Assembly: GCA_039096225.1 (NCBI GenBank)
Contig: JBBPEB010000004.1
Coordinates: forward strand, 434,001 to 498,000
Direction: 5' to 3'
DNA from: Blastocystis sp. Blastoise
Lineage: Eukaryota; Protista; Bigyra: Opalinata
Length of the DNA: 64,000 bases
In this document: positions 47,148 to 60,352 of the stretch, one piece after another
Numbering within the stretch: position 1 is the first letter of the stretch
How the letters are laid out: each line of letters begins with the position of its first letter
Translations under genes and position numbers: made by a program
Notes under the pieces: generated by a model
What the model saw: the letters and a program-made list of their open reading frames with translations, nothing else
The model's database searches: none
Told to the model about the DNA's origin: nothing

Positions 47148-47667
47148 TTTATCTACGAACATTTAAATGATTTAGAAAATATGTTTTATGGTTTTTGGTG
47201 AATTATTATTTTTCATGTTATTTTAACTATTTTTTAAATATGAATATAATTTTAAAATATATAATAATAAAATAATTGAGAATATATATACATAGATATA
47301 TAAAGACTTTACAAAAACATGAAAGAAATGTCGTTATTATTATAAGATATGAAAGACAGAATACTGTATACACTATAAAATAGAATACATAAAAAACTCT
47401 GAATCTAAAGAATTCATACATAAAAACACACACATATAGAAATAATAATCAAATCATTTAATGATAAAAATAATTAAAATTACTTTTTGCAAAACTAACA
47501 AAACAAAAAAAAATAGATTCTTATTTATGTTTACATATATATATCTGAGCTATTTAAAAAAAGGAATGAATGGTATTAAAAAGATTACTTTTGAATATAT
47601 AAAAACTAGCAATAATAATAAAATTAGTTATTAATATAAAAAAAATATTTAAAAAAATAAATAAAAT

Positions 47668-48080
47668 CTAACTATTATTTTGATCTATACTATCTTTCTT
47701 ATCTTGATTTTCATTACTAGTATTTGTATTATTATTATTATTTTGATTATTTTTAGCAGCTAATCTCTTTTGGAATTCAGCGATTAAGTTCATTTGATTA
47801 GCTTGTTTCTCTTGTAATGTACGAATACTATTAATAATCTGTTGGCTTCTACTTAAATATAAAATATCAAAATCAGAACGTAATTGATTTTCAATTTCTT
47901 CAATCATTTGACCAATATTACTAAGGTGACTGTCTTCATTAGCATATGATAATACTGATTGACTCTATATATATAATAATCATCATAAGTATAATAAATA
48001 TACTAATAGTGATAATAGGGTAGTTAATAAATATAGTAAATAAATAGAGAAAAAATAATATGAGAAAAAATAATAATTAA

Positions 48081-48126
<46 letters not shown>

Positions 48127-48938
48127 TATACTTGTTTTGATAATTGACCACATTGAGTAGCATTTCCTACTTCTTGATTTTCTACTTGAAATTCAAGTAT
48201 AATCGTAGTTGTTAGTTTATAATGAGCTTTTCCTAATTCACTTTTACTTGGTAAGATTTCAAAAACATGTATAGAATTCCATGAACCACTCTTTATTTGA
48301 GCACTTCCATTTTCAATATCTAAAAGAATATATATATATGTTAACAAGAATAAAAATATAAAGCTATTTATATATATATATAAAATATGTATATATATAT
48401 AAATAATATTCATTATTACCTTTTTTAATTAATACACATCCTGCGAAATGATCTTGTCCATTCATATCCCATAAATAAACAGAAGATAAACCGCCATCAA
48501 AATATAATTCTCTATAAGCATCAAATAAAATATTTGCTTTTTGTTCTAATTCTCTTAAATTCTTAGAGGGTAAAAAGCCATTCTCTATAGGAGGATAATA
48601 CTCATTTGACCAAGGAGATCTATATATGCATATAAAGTTTATATGAGTATTAATAAAAATAAATTCTAAAAAAAAAAAATAAAGATATATAAACAAGACT
48701 TGAATAAATATATAAAAATGAGATACCTATGTGAATCACCATCTCTATTGTAATCACATAATAAATATTGTTGCTCAGTCTTAGGATCTCTAGCCACTTC
48801 TAAGGGTTGATCGATTCTTTGAAACAAATCATCAGCATATTCGGGAACAAGGTCTACAACTCCTTGAAGAGTATTCTGGACTTCAGAAGGAGGAAGTCTT
48901 CGAAAGATATTTAATGATGCTTTTAATGAATCTTCCAT
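47668..48938 (-). CDS. CAPZB: F-actin capping protein beta subunit
   Basis: [25 protein letters not shown]|[48 protein letters not shown]. Confidence 0.97.
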
Positions 48939-50049
48939 AGGAACAAGTATTTTAACAAAAGAATTCAAATAGAGATATTTTTTATATTTTTTTTTATCTT
49001 CTGTAATGTATTGGCGAATAATTATGGAATTATTCATTTATTCTCTCGATCTTTATTAATTATCATGGTTATTCAATATCACTTCGTAACACTGACTTTT
49101 TTTAGAAATGACTCTGTATTTCGCGAGTTTTCCACAACTATTTCTATGTCTAGTTCCAGACTGACAGTTTCTTCTTTCAACTATTTTTTTGTTTTTTACT
49201 CCAATTTCCACATATAAGAATCATTCTATTCTATCTAAAGTGAAATATACATTGAATAATTCGTAAATAAGTGCTTATCTTTGCTGTTAGACTTAGATTG
49301 AACTATGTTTTCTAAAGATTTAAGCGAAGAATAGCTTTTTATTTGCTTGGATGAGCAACTCAGAAAATCATATATACGTCTAAGTTGTCAATATTGTTGC
49401 TACCATATTCATCCTTGTTACAATTGACATTTTTCGTCTTGTTTTTTTTATTTCAATTATTAGAAATAATCACAGAGATAATGGTTACTGTAAAACAACA
49501 TTATCTATAGGAAAGTAAAGTCCAAATAAAACTGGAAATCATTACAGTTTACTCAAATAATTATTTGAACTGGTGAATTGATATAATCAAAATGTTCTAG
49601 TGAGGTTAGACTTGAGTTTGACATAATAATGATTTCAAGAATTGATTTCTTTAAAAAGAAAAACTACTTTAGAGGACTATTTTACATTTAACTATAATGT
49701 TAATACGATTACATTATCAAAACAACCTATCTAGTTAATTAATAGTAATTAGAACACTAGTATTAGATCTGATCTTACTAGAAAACAAAAAAAACAGAAC
49801 AAAATACTCTGAAAAAAACTGAATAGTGTTTAGAACCTAAAAGAGAATAAATCTGTATTTATTTCAGTCAGTTTTTTTATGTATTTTTTCATTTCATGAT
49901 GAAAATAAGCGATATGATTGGATGAACGAGATTTGCATTACTAGATAATATTCTTCAGAAGTAGGTAGTCAGTAAACAAGATTTCTTTAGGACGGTTTTC
50001 ATTTTTTATTTATTTTCTATTTTCATTACAACTACAACACATTATAAAT

Positions 50050-52933
50050 ATGCTTCGAATTGATTTTAAGGAAGCTACAAAGACTGATTTTTCTTCCGCT
50101 TTAGGCAAGTATGCATCTAAAGCTGTATCTAAGGATAGCCTTCCTGATATTAAATCTACGCTTGATGTTGTTAACGAAAGAAGAGCTGATGCTTTAAATC
50201 ATAAAGGACAAGATCAATTATTAGATTATTTCACATATCTTGAATCACTTTGTTCTCATTTCCCAGTTACTGAAGAGAAAGTATGTTTAGTTATTTATCT
50301 ATTAGACTTGTACAATGATTTTTTTACATAATTATTTTTTCATTCTTAACTTTCTATTTTTTTAAATATTTTTTAGAACATCGCTGGTCTTCAAGTTTGT
50401 TGGTATGATTGTTGGAAGAAAAACTGGATCAAGACTTACAATTTACAATATGAAAGAGCTGCCGTTATGTTTAATGTAGCTGTTTCCTATGCTAAGATTG
50501 GCTATGATACTGTTGGAGTATATTATTATTATGTTTATTATTATTATTATTATTATGTTTATTATTATGATTATTATGATTATTATGTTTATTATTATGA
50601 TTATTATGTTTATTATGTTTATTATTATTATTATTATTATGTTTATTATGTTTATTATGTTTATTATTATATAGAATTCATATGATACAGAAAGTTTAAT
50701 TACTGCTGCAAAGAATTTTAAAATAGCTGCTTCTTATTTTAAGTTTATTCGTGAAACTATGATTGCTGGTATTCAATTAAATACTACAGTCGATCTTACT
50801 GATGATGGTCTTTTAATGTTAGAAAAGACTATGCAAGGTTTATCTCAATTTTATATGACTGAGAAATCTGTTCTTACAAATACTAAGCCTGCTCTTTTAT
50901 CTCGTTTATATGCTGGTACTGCTGATATATATGATGAAGCTCTTAATTCTTATAAAAGAATTAACTCAAAATCAGTTCCTTCTACTGTTAAAAACCAACT
51001 TGATGTATAGATATATATTAATTTATTATTATTATTATTATTATGATTTTATAGATTTCAATATATTTATTTTTTATTTATTTATTTATTTAGACTGAAA
51101 TTTATTGGTGTAATTACAAAGCTGCACGTGCTCAAGCTGATGACTTCTTAGCTGCTGCCCGCCGACATGAACGCGGTGCCGGTCAAGCTGTTGCTTTCTT
51201 AAAAGCCTCTATAGAATCCTTAAAGGCTGGTTTACCCTGTGCACGTGCTTGCGGTGGTGCTCGTCCTCAACAAATGGCTGATTTATTAACTGAATGTGAC
51301 GGATTATTAAAAGAAGCGTATCAACTTAATACTGTTGGTGTATATATTTATTATTATTATTAATATATTTATGTTATTAATTTATTTATTATATATAGTA
51401 TGAAAATATTGAAATTGAAAAAGCTCCTGAACCTTATCGTTTAGATAAAGTATATATATATATATAATTATTAATATATATTTATTAATATTATTATATA
51501 TAGTATGAAGTTATTACTTTACCTGTTGCTAAACAATTATTTGATTCTATGATCACTAAAGAAGTAGATATAATATATATATCATTTTTTGTTTGTTCCT
51601 CTATTTTTACATGAATATACTCATAACTATAACTATATAGGTAGAGACACTATTAGAGTCTTATAAGAGAGATATAGTGGACCCCTGTATGAATCAATGG
51701 ACCCAAGAAATCGCTCAAGTTAATGATTCACTCTCGCAACAACTCGCTCAATCGGGTGTCGAAGGATTAGTATGTATTTTATTATTATGTATTTTATTTA
51801 TTTTATTTTATTTATTTTATTATTTTTGTATCTTATTTATTTTATTTATTTATATATTATTTATATATATATTATTTATATAGCTTCAAAGTAGTCAAGA
51901 TGGTGGTATTCCTTTAGAATTATGGAATAAATTCGCTGCTATTAAAGATAAGGGAGGTGTAGATAATTTACGTGTTCGTATTGAAGGATTAGTTTCTCTT
52001 CGTCAAGCTGCTGTAGAAGAATTAGCTCAAGCTAAAGAAATTATTGCTAAGGATGCTCAAAATGATTCTAGACTTGCTTCTCAATATGGTGGTAAATATA
52101 CTCCTGTTTCTCTTTCCGGAATGGATCCCCGTGTTAATAGTGAACTTGAAAGTGTTTCAAAGAAACTTGATGAAGGACAAGCTGGTATTAATATTATTCA
52201 AGAGAAGTATAATGGTATCAACCAAAATGCTGCTATTTATGCTTCTTCAAAGTATATATATAGTATTATTATTATTATTATATTTATTATTATATTTATT
52301 ATTATATTTATTATTATATTTATTATATTTATTATTTATAGGGATGAATTAGATAAGCGTGTTCCTCAAACTGGTTCAAGTGATAATAGTAATGAAAAGC
52401 AAAAAGTTGAAGATCTCTATAATACTATTAATACCTTAAAAGAAAAACGTAATGGATTATTTGAACAATTAAAAGCTGCTACTAATAATAATCTTAAAGT
52501 AACTAATGAACTTATGAAAGATATTAGTAGAGTTGATACAGAAGGTATCTTTTCCCGTGGAAAAACTAGTCTTGAATCTTATATGACTCAAATACGTAAT
52601 ACTTTTGAACCTCAATCTACTTATCTTATTCAATTAGGAGTATCTATTAATTTATATTATATATTTATATTATATATTTATTATATAATAATTATATACT
52701 ATAATAAATATATTCTATAGTCTGCTGTGGAGAATTGGCAAGCATCTCGTAACGATATTCGTGGATTAGAAGCTCGTACAACACAATTAAATGTCTTAAA
52801 TGATTGTATTCGTGATTTCAATATATTAGATACTTATATTAATCAAGGAATGGAATTCCATAATGGTATGAAACGAAGATTAGATGACCTTATTAAGAAT
52901 TTGAATACTTTAATGCTTCATAAACAACAACAA

Positions 52934-52975
<42 letters not shown>

Positions 52976-53542
52976 ATGTCTTCTCCTCCTCTTCCTCCTA
53001 AGTCTTATACGACTATTCCTTCTTTACCTTCTTATGGTCAACAACAACAATATCAGCAATATCCTACTTCTGGTTCTCTTCCTACTTATAATCAACAACA
53101 ACAATATCAACAATATCCTTCTTCTACTTCTTCTCTTCCTACTTATAATCAACAACCTCAACAATATGGTCAACAACAACCTCAACAATATGGTTATTCA
53201 TCTACTATGGTTTCTCCTCCTCCTGCTCCTTATTATCAACAACAACAACAACAATATCCTCCCCCACAAAATGTATATCAAACTTATCAACCTACATATA
53301 TGCCTCAATCTACAGTATATATTACATTATTATTATTATATATTATATATTACATTATTACTATAGATGAATGTTGGTTATGCTCCTGCTCCATCTCAAT
53401 GGTCTTGTCCTACATGTATATATATATATTTATTTATTTATAAAAATCTACATATATATATAATATACTCTATATAGGTACTTTCATAAATAAGATGACA
53501 AGTCCTCGCTGTGAAATGTGTCAAACTCCTAAACCTCTTTAA
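50050..53542 (+). CDS. ALIX/Bro1-family ESCRT adaptor (BRO1, V domain, Pro/Gln/Tyr-rich tail, C-terminal NZF)
   Basis: WYDCW, YERAAVMFNVA, FKIAASYF, TVDLTDDGL, GIPLELW, QGMEFHNGM, P/Q/Y-rich region, ends [26 protein letters not shown]. Confidence 0.88.
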
Positions 53543-54002
53543 AGTTTATTTTTCTAATCTATTTATTATTTTATTATAAAAAGAAATGAAAATAATATCA
53601 TTTCTTTTATTAATAATATTTATATTGTAAATTTATTAGTTATTTTGTTTGTACATTGCTTATCATTACGTTTCATCTTCTTTTTTTTCTATTTATTCTA
53701 GTTTATAACTTCGTCTTCTATTCATTATTCTTTCTATATTATATATATATATTTTATGTTTGTAAAAAAAGTTTTATCATTTGTTTTCGTTATTCAAGAA
53801 TTCAAATCTAATTAACTAGTACTCAAGAAGTAGTTTCAAATATTTATTCTATTTCTATAATTGATTACCAAATATTAAGTAGTCTTATATCAAATGAAGG
53901 AATACAAAAGGAAACTATAATTCCCTCATTTAATAATTATGGGAAAAAAACCCGCCACAAAAAAGTATTTTTCTTAAATAATTGAAACATAGATAAAATA
54001 AA

Positions 54003-55192
54003 ATGTCAACACGTAAGAATACATTGTTAGCGTTCTAAATGTATATAAAAATAGGAAGAAGTGGTAAACTTTTGAGTTCCGACAGTAAATCAATGTGGAA
54101 TGTTACACTATCTCCTGGTTGGAATGAAAAAGAAATTGAAGTATTACGATTGGCTGTTATGAAATATGGTATTGGAAGCTGGAAACAAATAGCAAATGCA
54201 AATGTTCTACCTGGAAAGAATATAACGCAAATTGTTGGTCAAGTTCAACGACTAATGGGTCAACAATCTCTAAGAGGTATTTATAAACTAGTTTATTTCG
54301 ATGTTTATTTTAAATTATAATGATAGAATTCTTGAAAATACATCTTGACCCATATGTTGTTGGCAAAGAAAATGCTAAACGAATCTCTGTTAAGAGAAAA
54401 AATGGAATGATTGTGAATGATGGAAGTATGTATATTAATAAAAAATATTATATTTATTTTTTATGTTATGTATAGATCAAATGACAACTGAAGAATCACG
54501 TTTATTACATGATAGAAATAAAGATTTATATTCTTTAAGTTTACAAGAAGTTGATAATATTATTATTCCAAAATTATCTATTACTGATACCTCAAATGTA
54601 TATATTTATTATATTTATAATTATTTTTTATGTATGCATTTATATGTATATTCTATTTTAATGTTTATTCTATTTATCTTTATTATCCTAGGATATGAAA
54701 ATAATAGAACGAGAAGCATTAAATCGTAATAATAAATTAAAACAATTAAGTGAATTAAGAAATACTTTAAATATACTACTTTCTAGTCTACATGTAATTA
54801 TATACCATTATATTTTATATATTATATATATCTATCAAATTATTCATAAAATATTATTTATTTATATATATTATTGATATATAGTATATTGATATTCAAG
54901 AAATATTATTTATTTATATATATTATTGATATATAGTATATTGATATTAAAAAAATATTATTTATTTATATATATTATTGATATATAGTATATTGATATT
55001 AAAAATATATTGTTTATTTATATATATTATTGATATATGCTCTAATTCTATTCATTAGTCTATAATAATATAGTCTAGTATATATATATAATATATCTAT
55101 AGAAACGTATATCTCCAATGACTCAAAAACGAAAAAGACGCCATTATGAATATGAATTTTCAGATGATGATTCTTTTGGAGATGATGAATAA
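54003..55192 (+). CDS. Homolog of p1 (AMTP1), homeobox/Myb-like subunit of the MTA1c/AMT1 DNA 6mA methyltransferase complex
   Basis: SKSMWNVTLSPGWNEKEIEVLRLAVMKYGIGSWKQI..LPGKNITQIVGQVQRLMGQQSLREF..RKNGMIVNDG. Six exons: 54003-54012, 54055-54276, 54327-54425, 54476-54597, 54692-54793, 55103-55192. Confidence 0.82.
54851..55035 (+). repeat. About 53-bp intronic tandem repeat
   Basis: Unit resembling atattatttatttatatatattattgatatatagtatattgatattaaaa repeated 3-4 times in the last p1 intron. Confidence 0.8.
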
Positions 55193-55691
55193 TCAAAAAC
55201 TCTATTCTTATTCCTATTTTTATTTCATTCTCTCTTCTATTATATATAGAGTATAAACTATATATTATTTTAAAAATTAGTCTATTTCTTTTTTCATTAG
55301 TCTTTTTATTCTATTTTTAGGTCATTTGCTTATAAAAACACAAGTATATATTTAAAATATATTATTTTAATTTATTTCATAAAGTATTATTTAATGTCAA
55401 TAGTTTTAAAAAGGAGTTTCGTTATTTGAATCTATACTAGTTATGGGTTACTTTTTCTATAAAAAAAAATAATAATAATAAAATTACATTTGATTTTTAG
55501 AATCATATATTATTAATATAATACACTAAATGAATAACAAAACAAATAAATTAATTTATCAGTGTAAAAAAGACCAATGATAAAAAACAACAGAACAATT
55601 ATACCAAATAGTATAATATGAAGAATATTATTACTAAAAGTAATATATAAACAATAGTTAAATATAATAATGACTATTTATGATTTAAAAC

Positions 55692-58600
55692 TTAGTTAGT
55701 TTTATGAAGATCATAAATGTAAACAGCCTTAAATTGAGTCTTAAAGCTCTTACCAACGAAATAGTTGATGAAAGTTAAAATAGCATCAGATTTAGCTTCA
55801 ACAATAGCACCTTCTTCATTTTGAACAGCATAAATATTATCCTTTAAGTATTCTAAGAAGAATGTCTTTTGTTCTTCATTTCTGAAACGAAGTTCAGTAT
55901 AGAAAGCAGTATTCTTATATACTCCAGGTTGAGCTTCATCAGGAACTTCACCTTTAATCATAAATACATTAACATCAAAGTCTTCAAAGAGATGTTCATT
56001 ATAATAAGCAGTAGGATGTCCAATGAAACGAAGGAAAGCACGAGCAAGAGCATATTGAATATCAGAACTAGCTCCTCTAGGATCCATATTTTCAATAACA
56101 ATCTTAAGATGAATATCAGACCATTTATTAGTAGAACCAACAATATATTGATTATAAGAATTAGTAGTATAATCCTTGAAGAGAGATTCATAATATTTAG
56201 ATCTACAATAACGAGTTACAGCACCATCAAAGACAGTTCCTTCAGCGGAAGTGAAATCGGAATAACCATAATAATAAAGAATAGTATCAGGATAAGTGAT
56301 TTCATCAACAGTAGCAACTTTTTGTTCAGTAGCATCAACAGTTTCATAATAAGAATAATCAACACTACTATCTTTAAGTTCATAACAAACATCAGGTCTA
56401 GCTTTAGCGAAAGCATCATTAACTTCTAATTTATAAACACTCCAGAAATATTCAGTAGTAGCCATAAGTTTAGCATTAACAGCATCAATAAAAGCTGTTT
56501 CATAGAACATTAATTGGGCATCATTAGCAGAATCATATACAGTATCAAATACAACTTCAAGAAGATTACTATATTCACCAGCTTCATTACTGAAATCAAT
56601 CTTAGTAACATATACATCACTTACAGGAGTAGTAGAAACTTCAGTAATAGCAAATAAGAGTTGTTCTTTAAACCAGAAAGAAGAAGGAACAATATTATAT
56701 TGTTTAGCATCTTCTCTAGCAACAACTTCAAAGACAACTTTAGTATAAGAAGAACCAGCAGGAACAAGTTTAACAGTTTCAGCTTCAAATCTATTTCTAT
56801 GACAAACAGAGATCATATTAACAAGAGAAGCACGTTTAAGAATAGAGTTATAAGCACAATAACTTTCAGAAGTAGTATCAGTAACATCATCACAAACTTC
56901 TTCATAAGTAGTAGCACCAGGAGTTAAAGAAGCAAGAGTAGGTACATTATAAGCATCACCACAAGAAGGAATAATATGCATATCATAATTGACACCACTT
57001 ATAGTACAAGTATATTTATCATAAGTAGAAATAGCAAAGTTGAATTTGAATTTATTATCTTCAACAACAACAGTATATTGAGTATTTTCAGCTTGATTCT
57101 TAGTTAATTCAACAGTACCTTCATAACAATGAATATCATCAACAGTTTGACCTAAATTATTAATAGTGAAATCCTTATCTTGTTTACCAATAATAGTAGT
57201 ACAAGGAATTCTATCAAGAAGATTAATACCAATAGTCTTTGTAGTAATAATATATTTATCAGTTTCAGTTACAGTAGGAGTAAATTTAATGTAGAATATA
57301 GCAGGACCAGAACTAGTATAAGCACCAGTAAGAGTAACACGAGTAAGATCTTCAATAGTAGTAGGAACAGAGAGACCATAATTAGAACAAGCAACAGTAG
57401 TAGTGAAAGCAGCAGAAGTAGAACAAGAGATAGTATAACCAGTAATACCAACACAAACACCATTATCTTGAGTACAACGAACATTTAAGGCAGTAACATC
57501 TTCAATATACTTAGTAATAACTTGACCTTCGTTAAGCATAGTTTCTTCATCATAAACATCAAAAGCAACACTTTGAGATACAAAGAGATCGAAATCAAAA
57601 TAACAATCAGAAATACTCTTGATATCATTATTATGTTCAGCAGGAGTAGTAGGATTATTAAGGACAGAATAATATTCACCTTCAATAGAAGTATCTAATT
57701 GGAATTCACCACCATAATAAGTATTACCATTTAAAATACTAGCCTTGAACATAGAAGGATGAGCTTGAGATTCTACAACACTTCCATCAAGTTTAGTATA
57801 AGTAATTTGTTCAACAGAAGAATCAGTAGACCAAGCAGTACAAGCAGCATTAGCTCTCTGTTTATTTCTCAGACGAACACGATAAGTGGATTGATCTAAA
57901 CATAAGAAGACTCTGAAATAAGGATCAAAACGACCACCAAGGAAATTAGCTAAACCATAATATTGAGTCATAGCAGTTTGAGCATATTCACCAGTAATAT
58001 CATCACGTTTAAAGATTTCAAAGCCTTCAGTACCACCATTAGTAGTAGCTAATTTATCAAAGACAACAACTCTTTGGTTTTCAGCACATTCTACAGGACC
58101 AAGATGAATAGTAAGAGTATTAGAAGCACTACCAGCAGAAGAAGTAAAAGCGAAATCACCTACAATATAACCAGTATAAGGACTTTCTCCTTCACGTTGT
58201 TCAGATAAAGTAGAGAAAGTAACATAAGAATCAGAAGTCCAGGCAGTGGTTAAAACAGTAGTACCAGTAGTACGAAGAGTATACATTTCTAAAGTATAAT
58301 CATCCTTAGGTAAACAAACAGCATATTCAGCAACAAGATTCTTAAGATCAGAACCAGTATTTCTAAGAATACGTCCCCAACCAGTAGCAGATTGATCATT
58401 AACATCAATAGTATCACCAACTAATTCACCTTGAGAATTCTTAAGAGTGAAAACTTCACGTAAAGTATTACCATTATGAACTCTAGTTACAAGAACAGCA
58501 TATTCACCAGGATTAGTACAATCGAACTTTTCAATATTAACAATCTTCTTAGGAGTATCTTCACCACTAGTTCTAATAGTGAAAGAAGCAGTCTTTTCAA

Positions 58601-59400
58601 AGGTAGAGACGTCTACTTTACCAGAGAAAATATAATCAGAATCAACAAATTGTAAACCAAGAGCAGTTTCACCTTCAAAACTTAAGGCAGTAAGATAATT
58701 ACCAGCAATATTATAGCTGATAGCATTATCATTATTTAAAATAAGAGCAATTTCAGGTCTGATTTCAGTAGGATTGAAAGCATCAACGAAAATAGTTTCG
58801 GTAATTCTATTAATAGAAGGAGTATAAATTTTATTTTCTTCAAGTTCACTAATACCAAAAGCTTGAGTATTGGTAGCAGCAACTTGATAACAAACACCAC
58901 TGTAATAGTTCTTAGAATTATAATCTTGAACTTTTACACAATAACCTCTAACAACAGAACTTACTACAGTGAATTGATAGTTGTAAAGGTAAGCACCATC
59001 AGTAGAGTCAGCACCTAAACATAAATCAACTTTAGCAGTACCAGCCTTAATTTGTTGAGCAGTATAGGAAAAAACAGTATCGCAGTTTCCAGTAACAAAG
59101 TCAGCAGCATCAGTAACAGGAGTACCACAGACAGTTGTGTAAGGGGCAACAACACTGTTTTGAGGATCCAAAAAGGTTGGGCTAACAGTGACAACTTCGG
59201 TATTAGCGGGGTTACCAATAAGATTACCAGTAATCTCAATAGTGACTAAACGATAATTGACAGTAGCGTCAGTGCCACAAACTATAGAAAATTGTAATTA
59301 ATTATGATAATGTGTTAATTAAAGCTAAAGAATGATGAAGAATCATACCTGATTGAGAAAGAGCAATAGATAAAATAAAAAGAAGAATTAAAGACTTCAT
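55692..59400 (-). CDS. Large (about 1213 aa) secreted Cys/Thr-rich beta-sandwich-type protein of unknown function
   Basis: Signal-peptide exon 59400-59349 (MKSLILLFILSIALSQS), GT-AG intron, then a 3.6-kb exon 59281-55692. Two CL....Y.......W..DS repeats. Strong T/A-ending codon bias. Confidence 0.85.
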
Positions 59401-60352
59401 TATTATTTAGCTAAAGATAAAGAAAAATGAGTCGTTTATTAGTTTAACAACCTAAAGAATGTTATTTTCCTGAAAAATTTACACGTATAATCATCTTCAA
59501 AAAGAATGATTAACATAAAGATATAGACGCTATAGAATACCTGCACTTTTTAGTATTCTCATGGTTTTTCCGTTTATTGAAACCGGGAACATCTTTTTAC
59601 TTCTCATTACTGACATATTTTTTAGCATAATATATTTCATTATCCACGATTGATAATTACTTCAGTATGAAGACTATGTTCTGTATTTATTCTAAGAGCG
59701 GAATTACTCACTGTCGTCATCATTTGAAAAGGCTTATGTGTATAACCTTGCTGTTTCTTTACGAGACTAGATAAGTATAGGGGTTATAGATAAAAAAAGT
59801 TTTGATGATACTCATAGGAAAATTGTTTTTGTTTTTCCATTAAATTGATACGAGTAACGTCAACTTCAAGTAAGATATTCATAGCATATGTATCATGCAT
59901 AAGATGTTTGAATAATGCCAAATATGAACAAGAAAACAAATTAGGATTTTTTTTCCATGGTTATCTGTGAAAACTCTCTTGGGTATAGTATTGACTGTCT
60001 GACAGGTATTTCTTGATTCTCAAGGTGTATAGATAAACTCTCTTGGGATACACTCTCTACACATGGTTCACTATAGCGGACTTCGGGGAAAACAACGAAG
60101 AATGACTACAAAACTTGTTTTTATGATTTTATCTACATTGGAAAAGATAATTGGATTATATACAAAAGATGTTCAATCATATACGCTTAAATACTGAGAG
60201 CGACACACATAAATTATTTTTTTTTATAAAGAAAAGATTTAAAACTCGCTTTAAAAGAAATGATATAGAGAAGACTCCATATCAAAAAATATATTTCTAT
60301 AAGAAGTAGAGTAATCTAAATCATATCTGTTTTATAAAGATTACTTGAAGAT

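Noticed and set aside
49050-50049. Possible ncRNA in the 1-kb CapZ/ALIX spacer (GTTAGACTT occurs twice)
   Set aside because: I could not recognise snRNA/snoRNA boxes or a convincing stem; an Infernal/Rfam scan would be needed.
55869-57488. Long antisense or alternative-frame ORFs over the secreted protein, peroxiredoxin and LysRS
   Set aside because: Shadow ORFs caused by strong codon bias; no recognisable motifs.
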